This document shows, in pieces, positions 1 through 11,195 of a stretch of 64,000 bases of DNA. Made by a program: the position numbers and the translations under genes. Source of the DNA: Cystobasidiomycetes sp. EMM_F5 (Eukaryota); NCBI GenBank assembly GCA_051047955.1, contig JBPGPT010000011.1:434001-498000 (forward strand), written 5' to 3'. Under the pieces are notes generated by a model. That model saw only the letters and a list, made by a program, of their open reading frames with translations. It ran no database searches and was not told where the DNA came from. Each line of letters starts with the position of its first letter. Position 1 is the first letter of the stretch.

Positions 1-518
1 AACAATTCGACCAAAGACCATGGTCTGGAATGAAGTTGCGAACGTCTGAATGGCACCCCCTACAGAGAAGATTATAGCACCCCAAAACAAGGTACGCCGT
101 CTGCCAAAAATGTCGCCAATGCGTCCGGCGGCCAAAGACGTCACTGAGAGTTGAAGATGTAAGGATAAGTAAATCCCAGATTAGAGGTATGCGTACTGAA
201 GGCTCCGATTTCCAATATTGCGACCATTGTACCGACTTCATAGCGAGTGGGGTTGTTGAAGAAAGCCTTGAAATAGGGCTGTATGTGCGATGCGGAAGTC
301 AGTCATCATTGAGAATTGTATGTAATCATTATAGGCACCCCAGTGATGATGCCGCTCATGACACCTTGACTGCAAAAGGTGAGTGGGCGCAGTCAGCCGA
401 TGTCACATTTAAGCACCCGCGATGCTTACTCAAAACCGAAGAGGAAAACTCCGAGAGACGCGAAACATGATACGGCGTAGAGTAGAGGCTGCCCGACCAG
501 TCCCTTTGAGCGCTTCAT
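1..518 (-). CDS. MFS sugar porter, 5' part (runs off window start)
   Basis: Manual splicing gives MKRSKGLVGQPLLYAVSCFASLGVFLFGFD-QGVMSGIITG-PYFKAFFNNPTRYEVGTMVAILEIGAF-TSLAAGRIGDIFGRRRTLFWGAIIFSVGGAIQTFA. FG[YF]DQG and GDxFGRR are sugar-porter motifs. GT-AG introns; start codon uncertain. Confidence 0.9.
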
Positions 519-1426
519 TGCGCGTAGGCTTAGCCGACGGCTTCTGCTTGGAGAAGAGTGACAAGCGGATATCAGGACACCTTGCAATGAGCTGTGCAAT
601 GTGGTTGTATTGATGAGTGTAGACCAGCTACAGTGTCGCAAATAGAGAACCCCGCTTGACGTTTCGAGAGCAACTTTTGGCGTTGTTAACAGTAGTTGTG
701 GAATACTTCTGTCCAGGATATGTTCGCAGACTGGCAATCACAGTCTCGACACTGCCCATACACCCAAGATGTGATTGTCCAAGCGAAGGTGCATCAAAGG
801 ACTCGCGGCTGCCGTCCTGTCGAGTTTGACCCAAATTGACCCAAGTCCAGCGAGACAAGGCTCGAGCTGGCGGTATCGCTGTTGGCGTGATGGGCTGTAG
901 CCGCCTTGATTCAGAAATTGCAGAAGTTGCCAGGCGTCAGCCCAAGTAGTCAGACTGTCGGTCCTTTGGTCAGCGTACAGTCTACTTCGGAAGGCTCCAT
1001 GACAGCATGATCCACCATCTTTCGGGGATTTGCTATCAAATCTCATTTGTTTACACGCTGGATCACAATAGGCTGGATTAACTTCATGTGTGCGAGAAAA
1101 GCGTGGCTTCAACTGCCAGCCCAAACTCTACATCAACAACAAAGGTTGTAGAATGTCGCGTGTTTCATGATTCCATTGAAAGGGTAGGCGCAGCGACAGT
1201 GTGACCGATCAAATTCTGTCCTGTGCGACTCCTGGAATAAGCACCGCCGTCTTGAGCCTTCCGGTTTGTCCTTTCTCGCAACTGGCGATGTGTAGACTTA
1301 ATTGCTGCCGACACAGCTTGGCCGAATGTAGAGTTACCAAGCTTGTGGATATGTATTGCTAACCGCAAGGTCCTTCCGATATGTACATGGATGGATGGGA
1401 TAATCGAGAGGACGGTTTGGCGGAGG

Positions 1427-2444
1427 CTATCGTCCACGGGACCGGTACGGGCTGCGACTCCGACTGCGATGCCTGCGAGGATCATCCTCTGGCGTACGTG
1501 ACCTTCTTCTGTCATTGTAGCGATCTTCATCATAGGTTCGACGGGTAGGAGGCGGAGGAGAGCGAGATCGAGTCCTCGAAGGCCGTCTTTGCTCTTCAGT
1601 CGCCCGTCTTTCGTCATCCGGTCTAGCTCTGGACCGCTTGTACTCCTTTTCCTCTTTCCTGCGCCGTTTCTCTGCCCTTCTCGCTTGTCTCTCCTCTTTT
1701 GTCTCCCCGTCGCGCTTGCTTTTCGATCTGCTCTTCTTGTATGTGCCGTTGGCGATGGCCAGTTGACGTTCCTCCTTGCGCTGAGAAATGAGATATGCTG
1801 CCATAGGGTCGTCGGGATCGATACCGTCGTATAAATCGGCTTCATCCATGGAAGCGTCAGAATCGCTGGCAACATCATCTGAAGCAAACGCAGACGCGAG
1901 TAGAGAGTGATGGAGGGACTTTAGCAGCAGACTAGCAGCGAACACGCGAAGCAATCAACTCACTCATGAACAGCTCTGGCCTTGCATTCATTCGCTCAGC
2001 CTCGGCTTCCTTCGTCTTGCCGTCCTCGCCCTTTTCGAGGTGTTTGTACTTTGAGACGTGGTCGACTCGTAGTGTCCTTCCGAGCACTTGAGCACCATTG
2101 AGATTGTCCACTGCCAGTACTGTACTTCTCTGATCCTCGTACATCAAGAATCCGAAACCGCGGCACTTGCCAGTCTGCTTGTCTCGAGGCAGGTTAATGT
2201 CAATGGGTTCGCCAAACTGGCTAAAGATGGTGATGACGTCTCCCTCCGTCAGTTGGCTGTCCAGACCGCCGATAAAGATGTAGGCTGAATCCTTGTACTG
2301 GTCGTGCCATGATCCGCCTTGGCCGCCTCGAGACAGTTCAGCCTTGTTGATACGCTCAATCTCGCGCACCACGCTGCCGTGATAAAGTGGTGGTCAGCAC
2401 TGCGCACAATGAGCTGAACATCGCTATTGTTGTACGTACTTCAT
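1427..2444 (-). CDS. IST3: RES complex RRM protein Ist3/Snu17 (RBMX2)
   Basis: [11 protein letters not shown]...[17 protein letters not shown]...[22 protein letters not shown]...RTLRVDH, then an RS/RD-rich tail. 5-nt first exon (2444-2440), intron 2439-2374, second intron near 1963-1880. Confidence 0.93.
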
Positions 2445-3428
2445 GGCTGGACCTTCTCTTGAGATTAACAAAAGGCAAGGGCAAGGCTTGTGCGGCAACT
2501 CTGATACTCTGGTCGTGTTTGCAGAACAGGGACACCCTGCACAATGGCTCATTGTTGACGCGCTGACTTGCTCTTAATCGTCTAGTACCTCGTTTCATCC
2601 TTTCCGCTCGTCACCTTTGCTATGTATCCGAATGCGCAACCTCTCCACCTCGGTAAAGGTAGGCTGGCATTCAAATCTTACTGGATCTGCGCAATCCCAG
2701 GTAGACATACTCGCGCTACCAGGTGTGAGCCATGGTCTTAGACAGCTTGATCTGGGCTGTGACTCCATTGTTCACACCTGGTAGCCTGAGAATGCCTTCT
2801 ACGGATGCCGCGAATAAGTTTGATTGAGTACTGACCTGCTCTCAAGTTTCACCTTCAGGGGCAACTATTCGGCTGCTTTGGGTCGAATGCTTGCCAGTAT
2901 GCTATAGGCTTAAAACGAGTTTCTGTGCAAACGTATCGGAAATGCATCGCGCAGTGCTGTCAGACTGTCCGAAACCGTATTGCGTGTATTCCTTTGTATG
3001 GGAGGGTCTCACAGAGTTCATTTGGCAGACCCCCCGTCTCTGTGGACTGGCTAATGTTGACAACATTCATTGAATTAATTGCGAATTGCAGGGCTTCTAC
3101 GCTGACAAGCACGAGCACGACCGCCGCACGGTTGGGATGAAAGCAAAGGCGAGGCAAATGACCATTGACGATGTGATTTGTCAGGGTCCGATTGGGAAAG
3201 AACGAAAAACTACTGCTGAAACTGTGTAAAGTCGGAGTGTCGACTGACTGCAACATTTGTATCGTGGTGCGCATGTCGTCGCGTCATTTTGTTGACGAGA
3301 CGTTCAAATTTTGCGGGTTCATCGGACGGATCACTCTCGTCTTGAAATCGTGTATTGGGTTGAATGCTGCCCTTCCTTTTGTGCAGGTGTTCATATCACC
3401 TCATCTCTCTTTTTGCGGATTGTATTTT

Positions 3429-5850
3429 TTACTGCCGTGGCGCATCCGGCGGCGTTTCTCCTTCATCGTACTTGATGATGTCACTGTACGTTCTTGCTCC
3501 TTGCGGTCGGCTAACACTTCTGTGACCCTGTGTGCATTCATTGGCGTTGACCACTCGCTGACTGTCGAGCGGTATGTCTCCGCTCTGCCTATTGACTGAC
3601 TCTGCAAACTCTGTGCGAAGCGGTGTGGGAACAGGCACTGGCCGACCGTCCACAGCAATGCCTAAAGACTCCTCGAGGCCCCGCACTGAGTAAGCGGTGG
3701 GTGGAGACGTCCGTCCGGAGTAGCCAGACTCCCAGCCCTCCGGAGCCTGCCAATCGGAATTACTGATTTCTTCATCTATCGTTGCATTCGAACGACGTTG
3801 TTCTTGTCTGCGCGATGTCATGACGCTCATTGTATGCGCATCTGTCAGGATCCTAGCCGGCTTGGGATGCGTAAGCGGTTGGAATCCCATCCCGAGTGGC
3901 AGAAACACATCGGGCTCGGAAGCTGCTCGATAGTGTCCCTCCTGCGCGCCCGGATCGTCAGAAGCATCGAGATCAGGCATTCTCTCGCTCTGAATCTGAG
4001 CGGGCGAGCCGAGCTCGTGAATCTCGATACACTCGCCGCCTTGTCCGCCTGTAATTTCCCGCACAAGATCGGCATCACGTGGAGAGCCAGGCGTATATTC
4101 TGCGTTGTTCTCACGCTGACCTATGGAAGTCCGAGGACTGACTTGGCGACTATGCAGCGGAGAGACATACGTAACGGGTATAGGTGAACGAGGCGAAGTG
4201 TAAACAGGAGCAGCGGTTGAGATACTGCTGGCATTCCGAACATGTCGCTCTTTGAATGCTTCATCCCCTGCGCTGCTGATCTGAGTACTCCTTGGTGTCC
4301 ACGGCGAATCTCCGCCAGCTGTGGTACCAGACAATGGCGTCTGAGGCATACGGAACGAGATCTTTGAGCGTGAGTATCCGGGCGAGATTTTTTCGTCAAA
4401 CATGTCTGACGCGTTCGTCGCAGCCGATGCCTTTCTTCTCCGCTCGTATCCTGCCAGCGCATCATCACTCTGAGCTGCAGCAGTTACTTCTGGCGATCTG
4501 GAATTGCCTCCGACGCTTTGGGTTGGGGAACGGAAGAATTTGCTTTGGCTTTTCCCAAACTTTGGACTGAAACCGAAGGATGTGTAAGGCGACAGTGTGG
4601 ACGTCGGGGATGCTGCTGCCTCTTTTACGCTGAGCTGAGCAAATTTGAGGTTGAAAACGATACGGGAGAGAAAAAGTTGCGTAAAGACTGCTGCAGGGAG
4701 CTGGTTGATCAATCTATACGGCCAATCGGCGCTTTGAGCGACAAGGACGACATTCGCGAAATTGACTAGGCAGATGATCTGCAAATCGTTTGTCAGGCAC
4801 GCGGTACTCTACAATCAAATAGAGTGACATTGACTCACCAAGACGTAGGCGATATGATCTCTTTGGATTGTTTGCATGATGGTATAAATGCCGACCTCTT
4901 TGGCTTGTCGGAGATGCTTGATACTTTTCCAAAGCGTAAGGCCAAGAATGGCGTGATGGAAGACGGTCGGCGACAAGAATACGAGAATGTAGGCATACGA
5001 AGTGGGAGAGTTGAAGCATGTGACAATGTATGGCAACCGATTGATAAGAAGGACGGCTGCACATACGATCGTGGTCAGCTCGCTATACTGCCGCATCGGA
5101 CGATGTCTTTGAGACCTACAATCCACCCAATGGTTGGCTCCCATCTGCACTCCAAAATCAATTACCATCAATGTGAGCATGACTGCTAATATCTTTGTGC
5201 TCCGCTCGTATATCGAGTGTATGCGAAGAATCATAATGAAGTGCGCCGAGAGGAGTACAACCGAGTAGCCATACGTGTAGTACTTGAACCACGCGCAAAC
5301 ATCAGGATGATTCTGCAGTATCGCCCACGTCACGACGACAAAGGTACACCATGCGAGTGTGAGATATCGCGTGAGGAGGAATAGGTTGCGGATAGACAAG
5401 ATCGAAGCGGCCCGTCCGTTTGGAGAAGGCGAAGTCTTGATGAATGCATACTCTGCTGGTAGATGCCATATCCAGTCCCATACGAGCGCAAAGTACGATA
5501 TCTGTGCAGATGTAGAATTTGCCCAAACAAACGCGTCGCACGGGAAGACAGTTCAGGGAAGAGTCAGAGTTGTCATATAGGCACGGATAAGGTGAAAGAT
5601 GGGGAAGAAATACCGCCAGCGTCGTAAAAGAGCATGGAAATATACGAGAAAGGGAGAAAGCGATCCTCAGCATCGTGTGCAACAGCCATTTCGCATCACA
5701 TAATGCGCGACGTCGAATTTTCGCAAATTTGACAGCGTGGGAATTGGATGTGAAGCGGACATCGGCACTCACGCTGACATATATCCAGTATATCTTGTAA
5801 ATCTCGAATATGGACGTAGGATCATTGGATCCTGCTAGTGAGGTGCGCAT
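3429..5850 (-). CDS. Multi-pass membrane protein (DUF6533-like N-terminus) with long S/P-rich C-terminal tail
   Basis: Spliced ...YFALVWDWIWHLPAEY...LFLLTRY...FIMILRIHSIY...IQRDHIAYVL/IICLVNFANV...LFLSRIVFNLK matches the pattern of basidiomycete DUF6533 membrane proteins. Four exons. Confidence 0.7.
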
Positions 5851-7221
5851 ATTTGACTTGCTCCGGGCAAGACAGAGTTAGAGGCCAGATTTGTCCAACC
5901 GCGGAGGGCCCTGCTGCGTAGTGTGAGGGAGAGACAGGATGAAAGGCTGAAGAGGATGTGAGCGGCGTGCAACTCCCTGTCGTCCTGACCTCGTCGATGT
6001 CAAAATTATACGCTACAATATCGTGATTTTCGATTTTCGAACCAGGGTCGGCGGACTGTCGAGCATTTGCTAATTCCGCAAGATTTCCCTAGCCCTGATC
6101 GTTGACGAACCGGGTTGACGAGTGCTAGCCTTGATCTCGGCGCATCCGCCCAGCTTTAGGACTGAACCTAGCGGGTTGCTTACCTCACAATGTGATGAAG
6201 CAGCGACTGGCTGAATGTGTGTGATTTCGAATCAGGTAATGTGACGCGGGGTTCAGCAGGTCTAGCGGATCTTCTCGACGCGGGTCTATAGTGGGGATCT
6301 CGGGCTGCCAGGGATGTTGTACGCGGAGGGACAGTGTATGGAAACGTAATGAGAAAATTGGGAAGTTTTGTGTTTGTATGCGCCTGTTTGCATTATGAAT
6401 TGTATCAGCATGCACTATTCGTATAAGCAGATGTTAACGCACCCTCTGCCGTATGCGTACCTTGTTCCTCGAGCTCTCTCTTTCTCGCGCTTTCACGGCT
6501 TCCAGCTCGTCTTGCGGCCAATCACCAGCGACAAAGAGGTCTATTCAATGTCTCCCCTACTACCTGCCCAACGCCTTGTGATTCTGGGGCGAGCTCCGAG
6601 GGTCTGTGCTTTCAATTCTTGATACGACGATGAACTTGCCAACTTCAATCAGCACTCGGCAATCAGCAATCAGATAAACCTGGCTGCAGTTGTGCAAGAT
6701 ACAGCATTCAGAAACTCAAGCTCCTCCTAGTACCGCCTTCTGCCCCGTCTGATCACATCTAATTCACTGCATGTCAACCAGGTACAGTACAAGGCAATCG
6801 TGGCAAAGAATGGACAGCAGTGCAAATCTCAATCGCAACAGTCTTCCATTTGCACAAAGCTGTTACCTCAAGTGCTAAATCCTTTATTTCTGCTCTTCCT
6901 TTGTCTAATTCAGAGCCAACTTCTGTCACATCCGCATTCCCGTGACGACAACGCCAGCTGCAGTAGCGACCCGCAACGCCTTCCATATCCATTATTATCA
7001 CGTCGCAAACGTCCACCCGCGCGTCCGAGCAATATTCGGTTTGTATTTTGCTTGCTTCAGACTTTCGCGCTAACGAAACAGAATGATGTCACACTAATTT
7101 ATGTGCAGCGCCGCAGCGAGATTCTTTGTATTACGTAAGCAGGGTAGGGCCCTACCCTTTTTGACAAGGTGTCCGGCAACGCCAATCTGCAGCTGCCTAC
7201 TGACTGAGACAAGAACAGTCG

Positions 7222-7950
7222 TTATCGTATGGGCAGGGATATTCTGCGAGAGTTCGCGGAGCGCATCAGTGCAGTCCTGCCCGGTCCGTTGGGGTAATGA
7301 CAGGGTCCAAGCGTACTGGTAGTGAGCGCACGAGCGGAGGCTGATGGCCGCCTTCGTGGTCTATTAGGGCCTGGTGGACGCGGATGTCCTGCTGCTCGCA
7401 TCGTAAATTGTGGAATACCAGTCGCCATAGCATTCCCATACGACTCATCGTCATTTATCGCGATCCTCAGATTGCCCGTGCGATTGACAAGCTGAACATC
7501 ATCCTTGGAATGCGTGCCGTTGACTATTCGCAAGGTGGCTGCTCTGACGTTGGGTGGTGCTGCACTAGTGTTCACCTCGACATCAAGCTTGTCCAACGCA
7601 ACCTGTAGCGAAAGCCAGGCAGGCACATCGTCTTCATCCGTCTGAGGGTATCCTGATTTGAAGAGCGTCGAGTTACGACCCACATACCGCTCAAAATTTC
7701 TACCGACGATAACGGGGACGGTTTCAGCAAATTTGGCCAGAGAATTGCTCACTCCCCGCTTGCAGAAAGACAGGTCTGCCGCCGTTATTATTTCAGCTTC
7801 ACGCTTAGCAAGACCGACACCGTTGGGTCTTCGAAGTCCTTGACTGTCAGCTGGTGATCCCTCGTAGTAGAAATCGACTTCGATCTCAACCTGGCAAGAG
7901 TAGCTGCCTGCCTTGTACAGCTTGACGGTATCAACAGTGGTCCAAGGCAT
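7222..7950 (-). CDS. Intronless orphan protein, tandem family A copy 1 (MPWTT...)
   Basis: 242-aa ORF, colinear with the ORFs at 8426-9244 and 10100-10678 (MxW, R[RQ]P, VGx[NY]FxxY, [VI]xxxVN, [ND]DxxxY). Confidence 0.75.
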   Translation of the reverse strand: MPWTTVDTVKLYKAGSYSCQVEIEVDFYYEGSPADSQGLRRPNGVGLAKREAEIITAADLSFCKRGVSNSLAKFAETVPVIVGRNFERYVGRNSTLFKSGYPQTDEDDVPAWLSLQVALDKLDVEVNTSAAPPNVRAATLRIVNGTHSKDDVQLVNRTGNLRIAINDDESYGNAMATGIPQFTMRAAGHPRPPGPNRPRRRPSASARALTTSTLGPCHYPNGPGRTALMRSANSRRISLPIR

Positions 7951-8425
7951 GTGGCTGACAGACCTGATGCGTGTCTTTCGGTGCGTCCTGAGATTAAGTA
8001 CAATGTTCAGCGCGACAGTTACATACACCAGTAAGGTCTGCAAGTATTGCTCACCGAGATCAGAGCCACTCAGTGCAAAGGACAGATATGACGATGTCCA
8101 AGTTTCATATAATCCAAGGAGTAATGCACAAGGTACCTCGATGAGCTAAGGCTGCGCCGAACGTCGGCTCGGTGACACAGCAAGTTGTATAAAGGGCTAA
8201 GCCAACTCATTATAGTCCAGCTCCGGGTGAACTGGATGAGAGTCGGGCGATGCAGGCCGAGTCCTCTATATATCTACTCGACGTATACCCGCTGTGTGTG
8301 GAATCAGAAGTGTGTAATCCAAAAACCACGCCACAGCATTGCACTCGTAGAATAGATATAGATTGTTTGACGAAACATGCACACTCTGGAGCAATCGGCA
8401 CGATGCCTGGTAAGTAGAATTCATA

Positions 8426-9244
8426 CTACAAAGTTACTGATTGAAGCAGTTCTATATGAAAGCGACCGAGCTGATTTCGAATAAGTGCTAAACTGCCGGG
8501 GTTTCTCCACCCTTGTCGTCCAGATGCTTCGTGCTGTATTCGATGACTTTGGCCGTGACCTGGACGCAGCTGGGAATTGTGATGTTTCAGGGGCCTTGGC
8601 CGCGGGGCTGGCGCCGGGCGTATGGACATAGGCAAGTGCGGCTTGCGTGTCGAGTGGGCAAGCCTCACCGATGATGCTGCAGCCTTGAGTATCCCTTCTG
8701 GTATACGACTCCATCGAGAATTCCAGTAGCTCTCGTTATCGTCCAATACCGCTCGAAAGCAGCCTTCCGCTGAGCTGACGGTGATAACGTCGGCGAGATC
8801 ATATTGGTTTCTGATCACGCGCTCCATAGCGCATTTGACTTTGTTCGTAAGACCTTCTGCATACTTGTTAACCTGTATGGTGATCATTTCGAAAGGAACG
8901 CCCACATGGACAACAAAGGTAACTTCATCCAGATAGCAAGGCTGCGGCGGAGCTACCTTGAACAGCTCCTGATCTCGCTCCACATATTTGGCGAAGTATT
9001 TCCCGACACATATCTCGAGCGTCGCACACAAGTTAGAACGGATGGCTGCCGCAGCACCGACTCCACAATACAGACCATCGACGATGACACCCGTACGGTC
9101 TGCCAGGACGGCCGAGGATGGCCTTCGACGACCCGACGGGATTTGAGGTGACTCTCGATAGTCGAATGTCACATCGAAGTCGATGTCGACAGTGGAGGCA
9201 TTCGCTGCAGAGACTCGAAGAGATGGAATAGACTGCCAGGTCAT
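8426..9244 (-). CDS. Intronless orphan protein, tandem family A copy 2 (MTWQS...)
   Basis: 272-aa ORF with the same ordered motifs as its neighbours and a basic R/P-rich tail. Confidence 0.78.
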   Translation of the reverse strand: MTWQSIPSLRVSAANASTVDIDFDVTFDYRESPQIPSGRRRPSSAVLADRTGVIVDGLYCGVGAAAAIRSNLCATLEICVGKYFAKYVERDQELFKVAPPQPCYLDEVTFVVHVGVPFEMITIQVNKYAEGLTNKVKCAMERVIRNQYDLADVITVSSAEGCFRAVLDDNESYWNSRWSRIPEGILKAAASSVRLAHSTRKPHLPMSIRPAPAPRPRPLKHHNSQLRPGHGQSHRIQHEASGRQGWRNPGSLALIRNQLGRFHIELLQSVTL

Positions 9245-10099
9245 TGTGACAAATGGGGAGCTTCAGCTTTGGGAAGACTCCGAGCAACTTGGGAAACGTC
9301 GATGTAGGATGACAATCAAGCAATTGGAGACAGCAATGCAGACCAAAGGCGCAAGCATGCCCTACCGCGCCCAGAGACATCCGGCGATGCACGAGGGTCA
9401 TGTGCACGTCGGGCGGTTGCCGGCGCCAGAACGCGCTAGGACATGTCGTTGTTCTGGCGGAGGACAGGCTAATTGAGAGAGTTTGCGTTTGCATTCAGAA
9501 GGACCAGATTATCAAGTCAGACTGCTCTTAATACTCAGAATGTTCGGGATGACAAAGATTTTTCAACTTCAAAAACGGCAGGTGTTGAAAAGCGAATGGA
9601 CTGCACAAATGACAGCGCTGAAGGTTATGCCTGGGTCAGGTCGCATGCATGGTCTGCCGCCCTCTTGCCACATCCTCCTAGTGAGCAGTTGAAAGCCGAC
9701 TTGCAATTTTAATTCGAAGACTGCGAAGCCCATGAAGCCTGTACTTTACTAAACTTGCAAGAGTCCTGTCAAGGGTCGAGTGCCAGACGGAGGGAGTGGC
9801 AGACCTGGCTCAGCAACGCGGCCAAAAGCAACATGCGCTGCGCCACGCTGCACGGTGCGAAGGCTGGCACCTTGTCCCGTGATATTGGTATGATTTCGCC
9901 GAGCTGTGACTGGTACTGAAGACAAAGTCATGGAGACCTGAGGTTGCTGTAAAGCGTAACTCCGTCGAGTCGAGACAGCTGGAGCTGTCCGATCAGAACT
10001 TCCGAGCTGGCCGCGTATCCCAATGTTCATGAGCTGCGTAGCGAATCTAGGCGGGGATCTCGGCGGGCGGCGGTTTGAGGTCATCCAACCACGTTGCGC

Positions 10100-10678
10100 C
10101 TAACCGCTGATGGACTGATATGGCGCCCCAGTCCACCGCGAGGTCCAATAGGCCGCTTCATCGTTAAGGAGAAAGCTACAACATGCCTTGTTTCGCGCAA
10201 TAGTCCCCACGTGGCGTGGTTTCGATTCTCCCTCCAACAATTCGTACACGGCTTCGCGTTCTTTGTCATTCACGGCTTCGGCTTCGTTGACCTGCATGGT
10301 GATTCTGTCGATGGGGAACCAAATGCTGATATCAGACGTTACCGACTTGACGTCTGGGGATCGGCGCAATTGGCGATCGGCGCGTAGGTGAGGGCACCTT
10401 CTGATGTAGTTGGAGAAATTTGGTCCAACCTTGACCGCAAAACTGCCATCTGCTGTATAGTGTGTGTTGACTCCGCTGTATCCGTACGAAAAGCCGTCAA
10501 GCGCGCCAACAGTGTTCAGGCCCTGACTAAGCTCAACGGAGATAGGCTGTCTATGTCTGCGACTGCCAGGTGTAGGCTCGCCATACTGGGACACGACATT
10601 GATTTTCATGTACATGCGATCTTGTTGTGCCTCGGTCATCAGCACGACCGGTGCCAGCGAGACGGCATTCCATGTCAT
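10100..10678 (-). CDS. Intronless orphan protein, tandem family A copy 3 (MTWNA...); TAG at 10100-10102, frame stays open to 9749
   Basis: 192-aa ORF with the shared motifs (VGPNFSNY, ITMQVN, LNDEAAYWTSRW). ORF 9749-10084 is in the same frame. Confidence 0.72.
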   Translation of the reverse strand: MTWNAVSLAPVVLMTEAQQDRMYMKINVVSQYGEPTPGSRRHRQPISVELSQGLNTVGALDGFSYGYSGVNTHYTADGSFAVKVGPNFSNYIRRCPHLRADRQLRRSPDVKSVTSDISIWFPIDRITMQVNEAEAVNDKEREAVYELLEGESKPRHVGTIARNKACCSFLLNDEAAYWTSRWTGAPYQSISG

Positions 10679-11195
10679 GTTGATACCCAGCAAGATTATG
10701 GTTGCTGCTAGCGTGCAGGTGAAATATCAGCATTTCGATGATACAGTGACAGAGCGTACGCATCGCGATCTTAGCTTACCGCTGGACAATGATGAATGGT
10801 GAATGGCAAAGCATAAAACCTATGCAAACCTTTTCTGCAACCAGCAGCGGCACTGCCCATTGTTGTCGAACACAACGTCTTGAAGGGCTTAGCTTCCCTG
10901 TCGCACAGGATAGTGCGAGAACGTTGTGAATGAATCGGAACCAGTCCGCCTGGGAAACCTGCGCAACCGTCGCCTTAGCAGGACTAGCCCAATCGAATCT
11001 CAGAAAATGCAAGTTGTCAACTTAGTTTGGAAAGTTCTGGGTCGTAAGTCTGTCATTTACCGTCCTGCTTGTCAAGTGCTCATCAGCCGGTCCGCCATCA
11101 GCTAAAGCCGCCTTTGCACCCTCATGTGATGTCGTTTTGTGCACTATAATTCAGCTACAATGTCACTCCTGTATCTGCGAGACTTAGTGCTTCAT

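Noticed and set aside
1165..1887. 240-aa ORF overlapping IST3 exon 3
   Set aside because: Alternative frame over RS-rich coding sequence; the 1427-end frame is the one that joins the RRM by splicing.
2620..3230. Possible small plus-strand multi-exon gene divergent from IST3
   Set aside because: Splice-like signals are present, but I could not assemble a consistent frame or recognisable product.
6190..6250. Possible C/D box snoRNA (GTGATGA...CTGA)
   Set aside because: No terminal D box or closing stem, and no recognisable rRNA guide.
6450..7020. Short ORFs on both strands, including a coiled-coil-like stretch in 6774-7016
   Set aside because: No motif, interrupted frames, and no coherent exon chain.
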